The notes beneath the pieces are model-generated. The model ran no database searches, was not told the origin of the DNA, and saw nothing but the letters and a program-made list of their open reading frames with translations. From Chrysomallon squamiferum (lineage: Eukaryota > Animalia > Mollusca): a stretch of DNA of 64,000 bases. The DNA lies in NCBI GenBank assembly GCA_012295275.1, contig CM022672.1, forward strand, positions 29,698,001-29,762,000, given 5' to 3'. Below, one piece after another: positions 1-10,899 of this stretch (position 1 is its first letter; every line of letters begins with the position of its first letter). Position numbers and translations under genes: made by a program.

Positions 1-50
<50 letters not shown>

Positions 51-51
51 A

Positions 52-101
<50 letters not shown>

Positions 102-146
102 CATACATGCACATGCATACATACTCAGACACACACAGACACACAT
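1..146. repeat. Compound microsatellite (CT)n/(AT)n/(AC)n
   Basis: Directly visible simple repeats. Confidence 0.95.
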
Positions 147-406
147 ATTGTAAAATTTAAATAACAAAGAAAAAATAAAACAGTACAATATTAAATGAAA
201 TATCATAATGTGAATAAAATACTGGAGTTGATGTAATCAGAATATGAGATACCCGGGTATCACTTTTATGGTCATGTTAAAAATAAACAAATAAGCTTAT
301 AATAACCCTCTGAGGATAAAGAAAACAAAATATGGAGGCCTTGCATTTTGCCATGAAGACTTCTAAAGCGAACAGAATGACGCATACACCTGAGAATACA
401 GCATAC

Positions 407-494
407 ATGGGTAGAATCCCTGATATCTGTTCTTTATTCGGTTGTTAGTTATTTGTGAAACATCGTACGATGATGTGAATTTGGTTGGCAGTTT
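407..494 (-). CDS. Receptor-type protein tyrosine phosphatase, exon carrying PTP motif 1
   Basis: 88-bp exon tttcag|AAACTG...CCAT|gtatgc translates KLPTKFTSSYDVSQITNNRIKNRYQGFYP, containing the KNRY motif, with a phase-1 intron after P as in classical PTP genes. The gene runs off the left edge. Confidence 0.85.
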
Positions 495-810
495 CTGAAA
501 TAATAAATGAAAATGACTGAGATAAAATTATGTCAACCAGTTCAAATGTTAATTTTACATATATTTTCTGTTTTCTGTGACAAGGTACGACTTTACATAT
601 CATATTATTTCTTAATTTTCCGAATTCCATAAAACATAACAATTATTTTCCATAAGTTTGAACAATATTTTGAAAATATTGAAAAGACTTTAACAAATTT
701 ATTTATTTGTACATAAACATAATGTAAAATTAACATTTCAATTCTTTATTACGGAACATAAAATTAGATAAATGAAGATATTTTATAATTTGCATTACAC
801 AAAAATAAAC

Positions 811-1034
811 CTTGTATTCTCTATCAAAACCTCCAGGCTGGTGTCTGATTTTCTCCATAATTTGAGACAGTTCATTGACAGACACACCAGTCTCTGGCAG
901 GGTGAAGTCGTTGATGTTGTAGAATACAGAAGCTGACCTCTCGTCCTGGACATCTTGTTCGTCAACCTCTTCAGCTGAAGACTCAACAGTAACAGTCACT
1001 TTATTTCTGTGTTTCTGTCGGCTGGCTCCCGTGA
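811..1034 (-). CDS. Receptor-type PTP juxtamembrane exon
   Basis: ttctaatcttggcag| acceptor and AAG|gtttat donor; 224 bp, phase 1 to phase 0. Encodes ...SVFYNINDFTLPETGVSVNELSQIMEKIRHQPGGFDREYK, which splices in frame to the KNRY exon. The 5' boundary is less certain. Confidence 0.7.
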
Positions 1035-1859
1035 CTGCCAAGATTAGAACACAAAACATACAAATTCAGTGTTTTTAAAACAGGGCGTGACTCTCTCATC
1101 AAACACTAACTGGACAGAGAAACATGGAAAATGATGTTTAAAATCAGCCAACAACAACAACAACAATTGTTATTGTTATTATTATTATTATAATATATAT
1201 AAAGCTTCTTTTTTTTAGGGGGGGGTGGGTATAAATGTTTTCTGTTCTTTTCTCATAGTTCTTTAAGCCGTACAAATCAATAATAAAACAATCTGACATG
1301 AATTCAGTACACTGACAAGTTCCAACTGAACTTTTATTTACTCATACTAAACACGGGAATCTAAATTTAAAGCATTTAATTTAATTTGTTGGCAACATTT
1401 TTTTGAATTCAAAAATATTTAGCAACTAATAACTAGTTTATATTATTATAAACACACAAAACCACCCCTTAAAGGCATAATATTTATTAACTTCACTGTA
1501 TTAACTGAACTTGTGTAGTATGTTTTCTTAATTTTTGTTAATAATGTTCTGTGTTAGTTAATATTAAAATGAATGTCAAGAAATGCAGAATTAGTGTTTA
1601 AATCAAAACGCTATATTTATGCTCTAAATAATGTATTTGAATTTATACGTTTTAAACAGAAAAATAAATATAAATTTTTAATGTATTTTAGCAAGATGTG
1701 CCAATTGAAAAGAAAAATATATGCCTCTTCAACATGAAGATCTGTTGACTTTTAACTAATTTTATGAGGCATCTTTATGTAATATTTTTATGTTACGAAA
1801 GAACCATCTTGCACTGATATTTCATTTCATTTTTTGCTATATTAAATTCTTATTGTATC

Positions 1860-2516
1860 ATTGTACACAAGATTGGATTGTTAAATCATCATATTGGAAC
1901 ATAAATATACATTGTTATATAGTATAAAGATATATCGTGTTAAATAACAACAGTGGAACATAAATATATATTGTAATATTGTAGAAAGACGTATTGTGTT
2001 AAATAAGGATATTGGAACATAAATACATATCGTTATATTGTATATAAAATCATCCTGTTATATAACCATTGAGTAGCATATAAATATTGTTATACTGTAC
2101 AAATGTTCATAAAGTTTAATAACCATACTGAAACATAAATACATATTGTTATATTGTACAAAGGTTTATCATGTTAATTAACCATACTGGAATATAAATA
2201 TATAAATATATATAAATAAATAACAATAGAAAGTTTTTCGTGTTAATTCACAATACTGGAACACAAATATATCTTGTTACATTGTACAAATGTTCATCCT
2301 GTTAAATAACGATACTGGAACATAAATACATATTGTTATATTGTACTAAGATTTATAACGTAAATTAACCATACTGAAATATAAATATATACTGTTACCA
2401 ATAAATAACGACAGAAACGTTTATCTTGTTAATTCACAATACTGGAACATAAGTATATATTGTTACATTACAGAAAAGTTCATCGTGTTAAATAAGGATA
2501 CTGGAACGCAGATATA
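1860..2516. repeat. Degenerate ~59-bp minisatellite
   Basis: Recurrent attgtacaaa...atcgtgttaaataa..atactggaacataaata..tattgtta units; also present at ~29540-30335. Confidence 0.8.
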
Positions 2517-3296
2517 CAGGGTGTCCCAAAAGTAACCGAACCGCAAACTTAAATAAAATTAGATATTAAAACCAGCAAATGTAATCTGTATATTTAGTAT
2601 TTACAAATGTTCAAAATGTCTACCTTGAACTTCAATACAATCACGACACCTTTTGACAGCACTGCGACATACTTTTTGGCAAGTTTCCACTGAAATTTTG
2701 TTCCATTCGTGCTGAATAATTTTTTCAGTTGATCAATGGTCCTAGGTTTATTAGCATAAACTGCGTTTTTTTAGAACTCGCCATAGAAAGAAGTCAGGTG
2801 GTTTCAGATCCGATGATCTTGCAGGCCATTCGATTGGTCCCCGGCGTCCAATCCTATGTCTAGTGAATGTTTCATCAAACCATTGTCGAACATCTTTGGC
2901 GTAGTGAGCGCGCGCTGAATAAGAATCAAGCTATGACGTAGTAGCAAAACCAATAAGATCAGCGAAAAGACTGAGATGTGACGTCTCATTGCAGTACAGA
3001 AAGCAACTGTCCGGAGAGCGAGTTTCAGGAGAAAGCACATGGAACGCCTAGGAGAACATGAACAGTATTAAAAGACCGCGTCATAGACGTCCGCGTCGTC
3101 GTGGTAAAACAGAAGTCTCGATCACGAAGAACTCTACAATCAGGTAACAAAAATCATTCCAAAGACTAATACTGTTAGAAGTAAATGAATAGTACAAAAG
3201 ATAACATAAAATGACATAAAAGATGAAATTAAATTTGTTATTTTTAATATCTAATTTTATTTAAGTTTGTGGTTCGGTTACTTTTGGGACACCCTG
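2517..3296 (-). mobile_element. Non-autonomous Tc1/mariner-superfamily element
   Basis: TIRs of >50 bp (cagggtgtcccaaaagtaaccgaacc...ggttcggttacttttgggacaccctg) with TA on both sides. Internal - strand transposase C-terminus PPDFFLWRVLKNAVYANKPRTIDQL...RCRDCIEVQGRHFEHL. The empty site is in the paralogous copy at ~30283. Confidence 0.92.
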
Positions 3297-3350
3297 TATA
3301 TTGTTGTCTAAATCTATCATGTTAAATCACCGTACCGTAACATAGATATA

Positions 3351-3435
3351 CTGTGGTGCCTTGAATTCCGAGTGCACCAACACACGAGTTTTCCTATTTT
3401 CTGCTTTGAGTTACTAGCCAAACTCCGAGTTACGA
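3351..3435 (+). mobile_element. Truncated left end of a pogo/Tigger-like MITE
   Basis: TA|ctgtggtgccttga... matches the start of the full copy at 30338-30912; cut off at the Tx1 junction. Confidence 0.8.
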
Positions 3436-6338
3436 AATAGTTTCCCATCTTGTCTGAAAGGATGCATCTTTGTTAGTTCGTAATAACAAAATTGTGTATA
3501 CGTCTTTCGTTGTCGCAAGTGTCACGTCTTTTTTTGCATCAGCGACAGTGATACAGAAGATGGCGTCTAAGTCTCCGTCAAAAGGTTTATCAGTCATTAA
3601 TGTCATTTATAACGGTCGTGGAAAGTTGTCTTGTATGTCTTTTAAGTGACGATAAAAAACATCGCTGATCGAATAAGTGAAGTCCAAAAAATCCTTCGTG
3701 CCCATGTCCCAAATGTCTCTGACTAGATTTAATTTTTCTCTACGTAAGTGTTCGTGTTGTGTGCTAGTTATAGTCAAGTTCTCGTGGAGAGGTTCATATA
3801 GAATTTCTTGATAACTCTCCGTGTCGTGCGCAAGGTCAAGTTTATCCCAAATTAATAGCATATTTCTGTAAATATTCGGCATTGATTTAAAATGCCGTTT
3901 TTTACTTACAGTTTTACATTTTAAAGTGTGTCTGTCGATATTTAAATCTTTGTGTTGGCCTAGAAAATAATCTGCTAGGGATTTCCAGTTCCCTTCCCTC
4001 TCCAAACTCAAAAGTCTGCTTAGAAATTTAATTCTCTGTGCTTTAATTTTTAGCCGAATATTTACTACCCCTAATCTATCTAGCTCCTTAGGTAGTTGAA
4101 TTTGCTCTTTTGATATAAAATATTTTCTATAGCTCCATATGAAATCAATTATTATTGTATCAATTTGTTTAGCATATTTTCCCGGAAGTTTCAAGACGTT
4201 TGATAAAAACCAAATGCCAGTAGTGGATAGTGAATTTACGTCCACTACTTTGCCACGTAATGTTAATTTTCTATAACTCCATATATTTAGGATTGTTTGA
4301 ATTTTTTGAATTTTAGGTTCCTACTTATATGCCGAAACATCAACATTACCAAAGTAGAAACCTAATATTTTAATTTTATCATTAGTCCATCTTATATCAA
4401 GAGGAATGTCTTTCTCGTACCTAGGTTTCCCGATTAGGAAAATTGACTTTAGCTCCAGATGCACGTTCATAGATGTATAAAATTTTAAAAAGTTGTTTAA
4501 CCGAGTCAAAGTCTGATAAAGTAGCGTTTCCGTCATCCGAATAACCCACCCATTTACTGACGAAGCCATCTGGTAAAGGTATCCCATTTATTTTCGAATC
4601 TTCCCGAACAGCTTCGGCGAAAGTTTCCGCTACCAAAATATAAAAAACAGTGCTGATCGGGCACCCTTGTCTAATTCCCCGAGATAAATTAATTTTGTTT
4701 GACACAAACCCATTTACTTTAACAGCAGATTGGATGTCAGTATAACATGTTTTAATCATTTTTATAAATTTAGGCCCAAAGTTGAATTTTTGTAAGACTT
4801 TGAACAAGAAATCCAATTCCACCCGATCATAAACTTTCGTTTGATCTAAAGAAAGTATTAACCCCGGTAGATTATTCCAATTGATATATTCTATAAAATC
4901 TCTTCTTAACGAAGCTCGGTCATGAATTGATGTGCCTTTAACTGAGGTTTTTCTGATTTGGATGAATAATTTTTAGTAAAAATGTTCCAATTCTGCTGGC
5001 CAAAACTTTTGTAATCATTTTGTCTTTGTCATTTTCTTTAATAAATAGTTCTGTGACCAGACGTCCATCTTTTCAGAAGTGTATAACGTTTCATATAATT
5101 TAATAGTTTCAAATAGAATTTCGTCTTGTGTCTCAATTAGTATCCCATCTTCGGTTTTTAGTGAGTGCATATATTTATTATCAGCTTTTTGTTTTTCCAG
5201 AATTACAAAATAAGAACTGCATCTTTCACCTTGTTCAATTTCATTTACTTTGGCCCTGATTCTCGCTCCTTGTAGTTGTAATTGTTCATAATTTTTTATC
5301 TTATTTTGTACGTTAATTAATTTTGAGTAATCGACCAGCTGTCCGACTTCATCTAATTGTATGAAGAGATTTTCGTCTTGTTTTAAGTTGTAAATATAAG
5401 TCCGTTCTGTCATTCGTTTTTTGTCTACAGTAGTCAATAGTGAGCATTTTAATTTCCTTTCTACCCATGTCCGACCAAAACAATAAATCTTTATAATTAC
5501 CTTTTTTAGACTGTCACGATTGCCAAATTTCTTTAATTTTGTTTACGTAATTCTTATCTTTCAAAACACTATTGTGGAGGGTCCAAAGTCCGGGTCCTCT
5601 GTTGGTCTTGTTAAAGTTAAATTCAGCCCAAACAAGCTTGTGGTCAGAGTAATAACACTGAGACACATCAGTTTCTTTGAGGCCTGAGATAAACTGACCT
5701 CAAATTAAAATGCGATCTATGCGTGAATGTGTTTTGTGTGCTTTATTATGATATGTGTAGGAAGCCTTGTCAGGATATAAATATCTGTATGCGTCCTGTA
5801 GTGCATGTTTGTCTATTATTATGTTTAGTTCTTGTATCCCTACAATTCCTCCTAGTTCTTGTTTTTTTCGTCCAGTCCTGTCCAGTGTAACGTTGTCCAC
5901 GCAGTTAAAGTCCCCGCAAACAACGCGGTCAGTCACGGTTCGTTTGTCATGTGTCGTAAAAAATAACCTATACAACTTGCAATTAACTTTGCCCTGTGGC
6001 ATGGGTTCACTGGACAATACATATTAACTATGTTAATCACATGGCTCTTAAGTTGACAAAGTAAACTTATAACTCTTCCTTCTGTGTCTTTACGGGTATT
6101 AATAACTTTAATTTTTAGACCTTCTTTAAATAAAATATTTTCGACCTTTATTACATGAATTTAAAAAATATTTCCCCTTGAAATTTTTTAATAATTCTTT
6201 GAAGTTATCATTATCGTTAAAATGTGTTTCTTGTAAACAGATAATATCAATTTTTTGTTTATTAAACTGTTTAAAAATAAGGGAGCGCTTTGTGTCACTA
6301 GACACAAAGCCATTAACGTTTAGTGTGCCAACTTTCAT
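3436..6338 (-). pseudogene. Tx1 ORF2 (apurinic endonuclease + reverse transcriptase), disrupted
   Basis: MKVGTLNVNG...IICLQETH, VVCGDFNCV, SRIDRI, YSDHKLV, RGPGLW, GARIRAK...GERCSSYF, GIRQGCPIS, YSDDG, FIWS...LPKE..LGVVN; ends at ...TTKDVYTILL...RWETI. Confidence 0.9.
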
Positions 6339-6554
6339 AGTGAATATAAGTGCTAACATTATATATAAATAATTTAGAAACACATGTTATAATAACAAAA
6401 TTCATAAAAAAAGAAAAAGTAAAAATCATTTTCCTTTGATCGCAGAGGCGATGGAAATTGTCCGGGGACATGCTTAAGTCGTTACCAATCACAATCATTT
6501 TCCAGTCTCACGTCCGTTTCCATATCGTTCCGTTACCGTCTAAAGTAAAACCAC

Positions 6555-7855
6555 CTAACTTTTTGCAACTTTGAATGGATTTAGTCTAGTGGTTACGACT
6601 GGTAGATTGCTATGTCTACCCCTCTGTTTTCCCGCTGTTGCTGTTTTTGCCACTGTTGACTCCGATACCGCCTCTGGGGTGGTATCCGAAGACAATTTAC
6701 GTTTTTTCTTTTCTTGTGTCTTCTTCTTCTTTCGTTCCTTCCTTCCTTCTTTACTTTCTCCACTTTCTCTTCCCGCCTCTTCCCGTGAAAGGGTCATCTG
6801 ACTCTTTTCTCCCTCTCCTTCCATTTCCTTCACCTCTGTTTTGTCCTTAGCATCTTTCTGTATTGTCTTCTTTTCTGTATCAATTATTGTCCCTGCTTTC
6901 AGGTAGGGTTGAGGTGGCTTTGCAACGGCCGCCGAAAAGGTGAAAGCTGGCATCTGGTTACACTCATTTTTTGTATGCCCTTCCTCGCCACACTGAAAGC
7001 AGACCTCCGGTTGTTCATGTAGTGAACAGTAAATTTAAGGTCCTGCCTGTTCAGTTGGACCGATATCGGGTTTTCCAGTTTTGTTTTCAGTGTCCTCTCC
7101 CCTGTCTTTATGGCGGTATTCCGCCATACTGAAAATGTCGGAGAGGACACAATCTCTCCGTATTCTGAAAGAACGTCTAACATGAACGAGTTTTCGACTG
7201 TAAGGGGGAGACCCCTCACCCTCACCCAGGTGCCCCCTGGGAAGCGCTCGGTCACCTCACAGTGCCTGCCACGGATGGAGATCCCTTTCACGGCGAGCTG
7301 GTCTTGGGGCTCTAGTCAGCGGCGACAATGCTCCACACATCCCTCACCTTGGGAATCACTGACACGATGTGGTCAGCGACGACGACACTCCACGCATCCC
7401 TCCCCTTGGGGATCACTGCCACGATGTGGTCAGCGACGACGACACTCCACGCATTCCTCCCCTTGGAGATCACTGCCACGATGTGGTCAGCGACGACGAC
7501 ACTCCACGCATCCCTCCCCTTGGGGATCACTGCCACGATGTGGTCAGCGACGACGACACTCCACGCATCCCTCCCCTTGGGAATCACTGCCACGATGTGG
7601 TCAGCGACCAATGCTCCACACATCCCTCCCCTTGGGAATCACTGCCACGATGTGGTCAGCGACGACGACACTCCACGCATCCCTCCCCTTGGGAATCACT
7701 GCCACGATGTGGTCAGCGACGACGACACTCCACGCATCCCTCCCCTTGGGAATCACTGCAACGATGTGGTCAGCGACGGATGCGAGAGCAGCGCACACTT
7801 CCTCTCCAGTCAGGGCCGGGATGAATACCGGGGTGTGAGCGAAAAGCTCATCCAC
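6555..7855 (-). pseudogene. Tx1 ORF1 (gag-like), disrupted
   Basis: TWVRVRGLP...VLSEYGEIV...IKTGER, zinc knuckle CFQCGEEGHTKNEC, then TFSAAVA and a K/E-rich tail; frameshifted. Confidence 0.8.
7316..7777. repeat. 57-bp minisatellite (8 copies) inside Tx1 ORF1
   Basis: cgatgtggtcagcgac at 7365, 7422, 7479, 7536, 7593, 7648, 7705 and 7762 (spacing 57, once 55). Encodes VVADHIVAVIPKGRDAWSV on the - strand. Confidence 0.95.
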
Positions 7856-7994
7856 TGAACGTTCACGTCAGCGATGAAAGTTGAAAACAAATTTGCAAAA
7901 CAAATACTGTAAAATATACTCACTGTATTCAAGGTTGTGAAGATTTGGTGTAACCCCTAGCGCGCTTACTCAGTACTTTCTCGAAAATTTGAAA

Positions 7995-8013
7995 CAAAAG
8001 GCCGAGAAGCGAT
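7995..8013 (-). ncRNA. U2 snRNA nt 1-19 fragment fused to the Tx1 5' end
   Basis: Reverse complement is ATCGCTTCTCGGCCTTTTG, the conserved 5' end of metazoan U2, starting exactly at nt 1. Confidence 0.92.
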
Positions 8014-8132
8014 CTTTTGGCTAAGATCAAAGTGTAGTATATGTTCTTATCAGTTTAAATTAAACTGATTTTTGGAACTAGGCGAAGTGTCAGGGGCTTG
8101 CTCCGCCTTTGTCACGGGTTGACCCGGTATTG
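8014..8132 (+). pseudogene. U2 snRNA pseudogene (from nt 14, internally deleted, 3'-truncated)
   Basis: CTTTTGGCTAAGATCAAAGTGTAGTAT.TGTTCTTATCAGTTTAA, with the branch-point pairing sequence GTGTAGTA at 8032-8039 and Sm site GATTTTTGG at 8067-8075. Continues ...GCTTGCTCCG...GACCCGGTATTG. The stem IIb region and the last ~20 nt are missing. Confidence 0.92.
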
Positions 8133-8239
8133 TCTCTAAAGTAGAAATAAACTAGTGTATGCAAACAATTTAAACGCCATGGCTCATACGAAGAGGATAA
8201 CGACAGGAGGCTTGTTTTTGTTTTTCTTCTTCTTTCCAG

Positions 8240-8520
8240 GATGTATGGCCATATGATGAAGTGTCATTATACGGCGACGGTTTCTGCGGGCAAGAGGGGA
8301 CACCACTGGTCATCGTTAACGAAAAGTTTACGGAAAACGGTTACATCAACTTTTTACTTTCTTTGATTCCTCTGGAGCAGCCACGTGATATGATTTATCA
8401 GCATGACAGTGCCAGAGCCCACATAACTAGAATCGTAGAAATGTTCTTTAGAGCAACAAAGTGAACGTGTTATCATGGCCTGTTTAACAGACAATGGGAT
8501 GTCATTGATGTGTGCGACAA
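8240..8520 (+). mobile_element. Tc1-like transposase fragment
   Basis: TPLVIVNEKFTENGYIN...IYQHDSARAH...then VNVLSWP, resembling the Tc1 FQQDNAxxH...VLxWP region; no TIRs seen. Confidence 0.65.
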
Positions 8521-8547
8521 CATCCTCTACGTATATTTTACCCAGGC

Positions 8548-8591
<44 letters not shown>

Positions 8592-10899
8592 AGCATCATC
8601 ATTAATATCATCATCGTTATCGCCACCACCTTTATGACCATTATTATCATCATTATCGTCGTTGTCGTCGTAGTCATCATTATCATCACCACCACGACCA
8701 TCATGTTTGCGAGCATCATTATGATGATGATGAAGATGATGATGAATACTGTTAGTATTATAAATGTCTTTGATAAATAATATTGCTGTGATAGCTATAA
8801 CTATTGCAAAAGACCCTGCCTACTTAAGCTGTAGTAATTAGTAAATACACAAGATATTATCATCATCATCGTCATCATCATTATCATCATCATAACATTC
8901 GTAGTCTTGGACGTCGTCAATTTAGGTTGTTTATAGAAACATAAAATCATTTTATTTGTGTGACTAATGTAGGACAGTATATACCCGCAACGTGAAAGAT
9001 ACCGATGTGATCACTGACACTCTAAGCATTTATTCTGCACTTTAACAGATTCTCCCGGTGACATCATTATACGTCAAATTCACAGTACGGTTTAATATGT
9101 CCGTCATCTACAACCACAACAATAGTTTAGTAAAGGTCCAGTTTAACTACTATCTCGATTTTGATAATGTGGCAGACACTATAGTAATCTTTGCTCACTC
9201 AGTATATAGCTAATCGTTTTCTTTTTATCGCGTCCTAGAATTAAACATTAATATTTGTGTGTGTGTGACTGTGTGTGTGTGTGTGTGTTTGTTTGGGTGT
9301 GAATATGTGTGATGATGAAGGAGACATTATATATATATATAAGTGTTTGTTTGACAAATCGATGCCTGCAGATGACAATAACTACAGATAGATTTGAGCC
9401 AACACTGCAGTAATTATCGGCTGGCTTTTTTGAGAAACTTGGCAAATGAGGGCGGTCATGTTTTGAATTTATATATAATATAAGTGTTTCCCCTATATAG
9501 CAATAGAAGAGTCCCTTTCTGGACATGTATGCCACAGCTGTATGTACGTGTGTTAGTTTGTGTATATGCGTGTGAGTGTGACTACATGCGTGAATGAAAA
9601 CGTGTAATAACGTAATCGCCGCCTATAGCTCTGACCAAAGAAAACAATTAACAGACACACAAAAAAGAAGAAAAACAAATAGATGGATTCAAATGTAAAC
9701 AAAGTCACCATGTTTTATTTCCGTCAGCAATATGATTAAACTTTATGAAACGAATACTTCTTTTACTTAAATTAGTAATGTAAAACAGAAAAAAAATGTA
9801 AATAATAATATTTAAAAAATAATAATAGTAAATAATAAAAAATAGAAAAACATAAAATAAAATTAAATTAAATTAAAATTAAAATAAAAATTAATTTAAA
9901 AAGTATCTAAATAGAGAAGGAAGTAAAATTATCATAAATAGAAAACGCCTCCAAGATAGGTTATGTTCGTCGGTATTATCATAACTGCTTATAAACACGT
10001 GATAAATCGGACTATATTTCAGAGGCCAGTGGAAATTTTACGATGCTCGTTAAGGCTAGCTCGCTCTCGTTTACTAACGGAAAAAATTTACCCGAATTGT
10101 GCAACCAATCAAATATAGTCTACTTTCTTTTTCCAAGAGAAATACGTGACAAAGATCTTCCTCTTTTCTAGGAAAAAATTGAACTCACGTATCCATAAAA
10201 GGAAATAAACTGCTTGATATCATATTAAATCTACAGCAGAGACCTTTAACATCATTTGCGCTGATGGGAGCATGTAGATATGTGGAAAGTTGAAATTTGT
10301 CAGACACTGATTGACAGTAAGGTAAGACTTTGAAAACATATATCAACAGGCTCTGACCTGGCAAAAATATTTTATTTGTAGTCAAGAAATACTAAATAAA
10401 TATATAAATATATAAATAAATAAATAAAATGAAATTTAACTGCAAATAATAATAATAATAATAGTTTATTTATATCTAGTATGTGTATATTTTTATGACA
10501 AAAAATTAAAATATAATGCATTTAAAAGTTAAAGAAGCATTCTATTCTTGAACACTGTCTTTAGATATTGGAGAATACACCCGAAAACATACTCGAACTC
10601 TTTCATGATGGTCTATGATAAGAAAACAAAAAAAAGTAATACAATTTCCACATTGTTGTGTGTTTTTATTGTTAATGCAAAATTGTGAAGATCATTCTAG
10701 TCAAATCAGTTATAGATTTTGTATAATATTTTCTGTAGTGTTACAAAAATATTAATTATTATTTAAAACAGAAGACTGACTTTCTCAATGACAATTTTTA
10801 AAAATCGGGAAAGTTTATACAACAGAAATTTTTTGGTTGTTGTAGAAAAATAAATGTTGAAATGTTACTGCATTTCGTCTAAGTGTTTAATATGCTACA

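Larger units (their letters stand above)
1012..3435 (+). repeat. Segmental duplication, copy 1 (partner 28653-30402)
   Basis: Collinear near-identical blocks from tttctgtcggctggct to ctccgagttacga. This copy has an extra 780-bp transposon. Confidence 0.9.
3436..7994 (-). mobile_element. Tx1-clade (L1 group) non-LTR retrotransposon, 5'-intact, 3'-truncated, decayed
   Basis: ~140-nt 5' leader, ORF1 with a CCHC knuckle and ORF2 with APE and RT domains. Multiple frameshifts and stops. No C-terminal zinc finger, 3' UTR or tail is visible. Confidence 0.9.

Noticed and set aside
7316-7777. CRISPR-like appearance and long ORFs in several frames
   Set aside because: These are head-to-tail units with no unique spacers in a eukaryotic context; the + strand ORFs are by-products of the 57-bp periodicity.
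8014-8132. Functional U2 snRNA gene
   Set aside because: It lacks nt 1-13 in the sense orientation, stem IIb and the 3' end, and has no upstream promoter flank.
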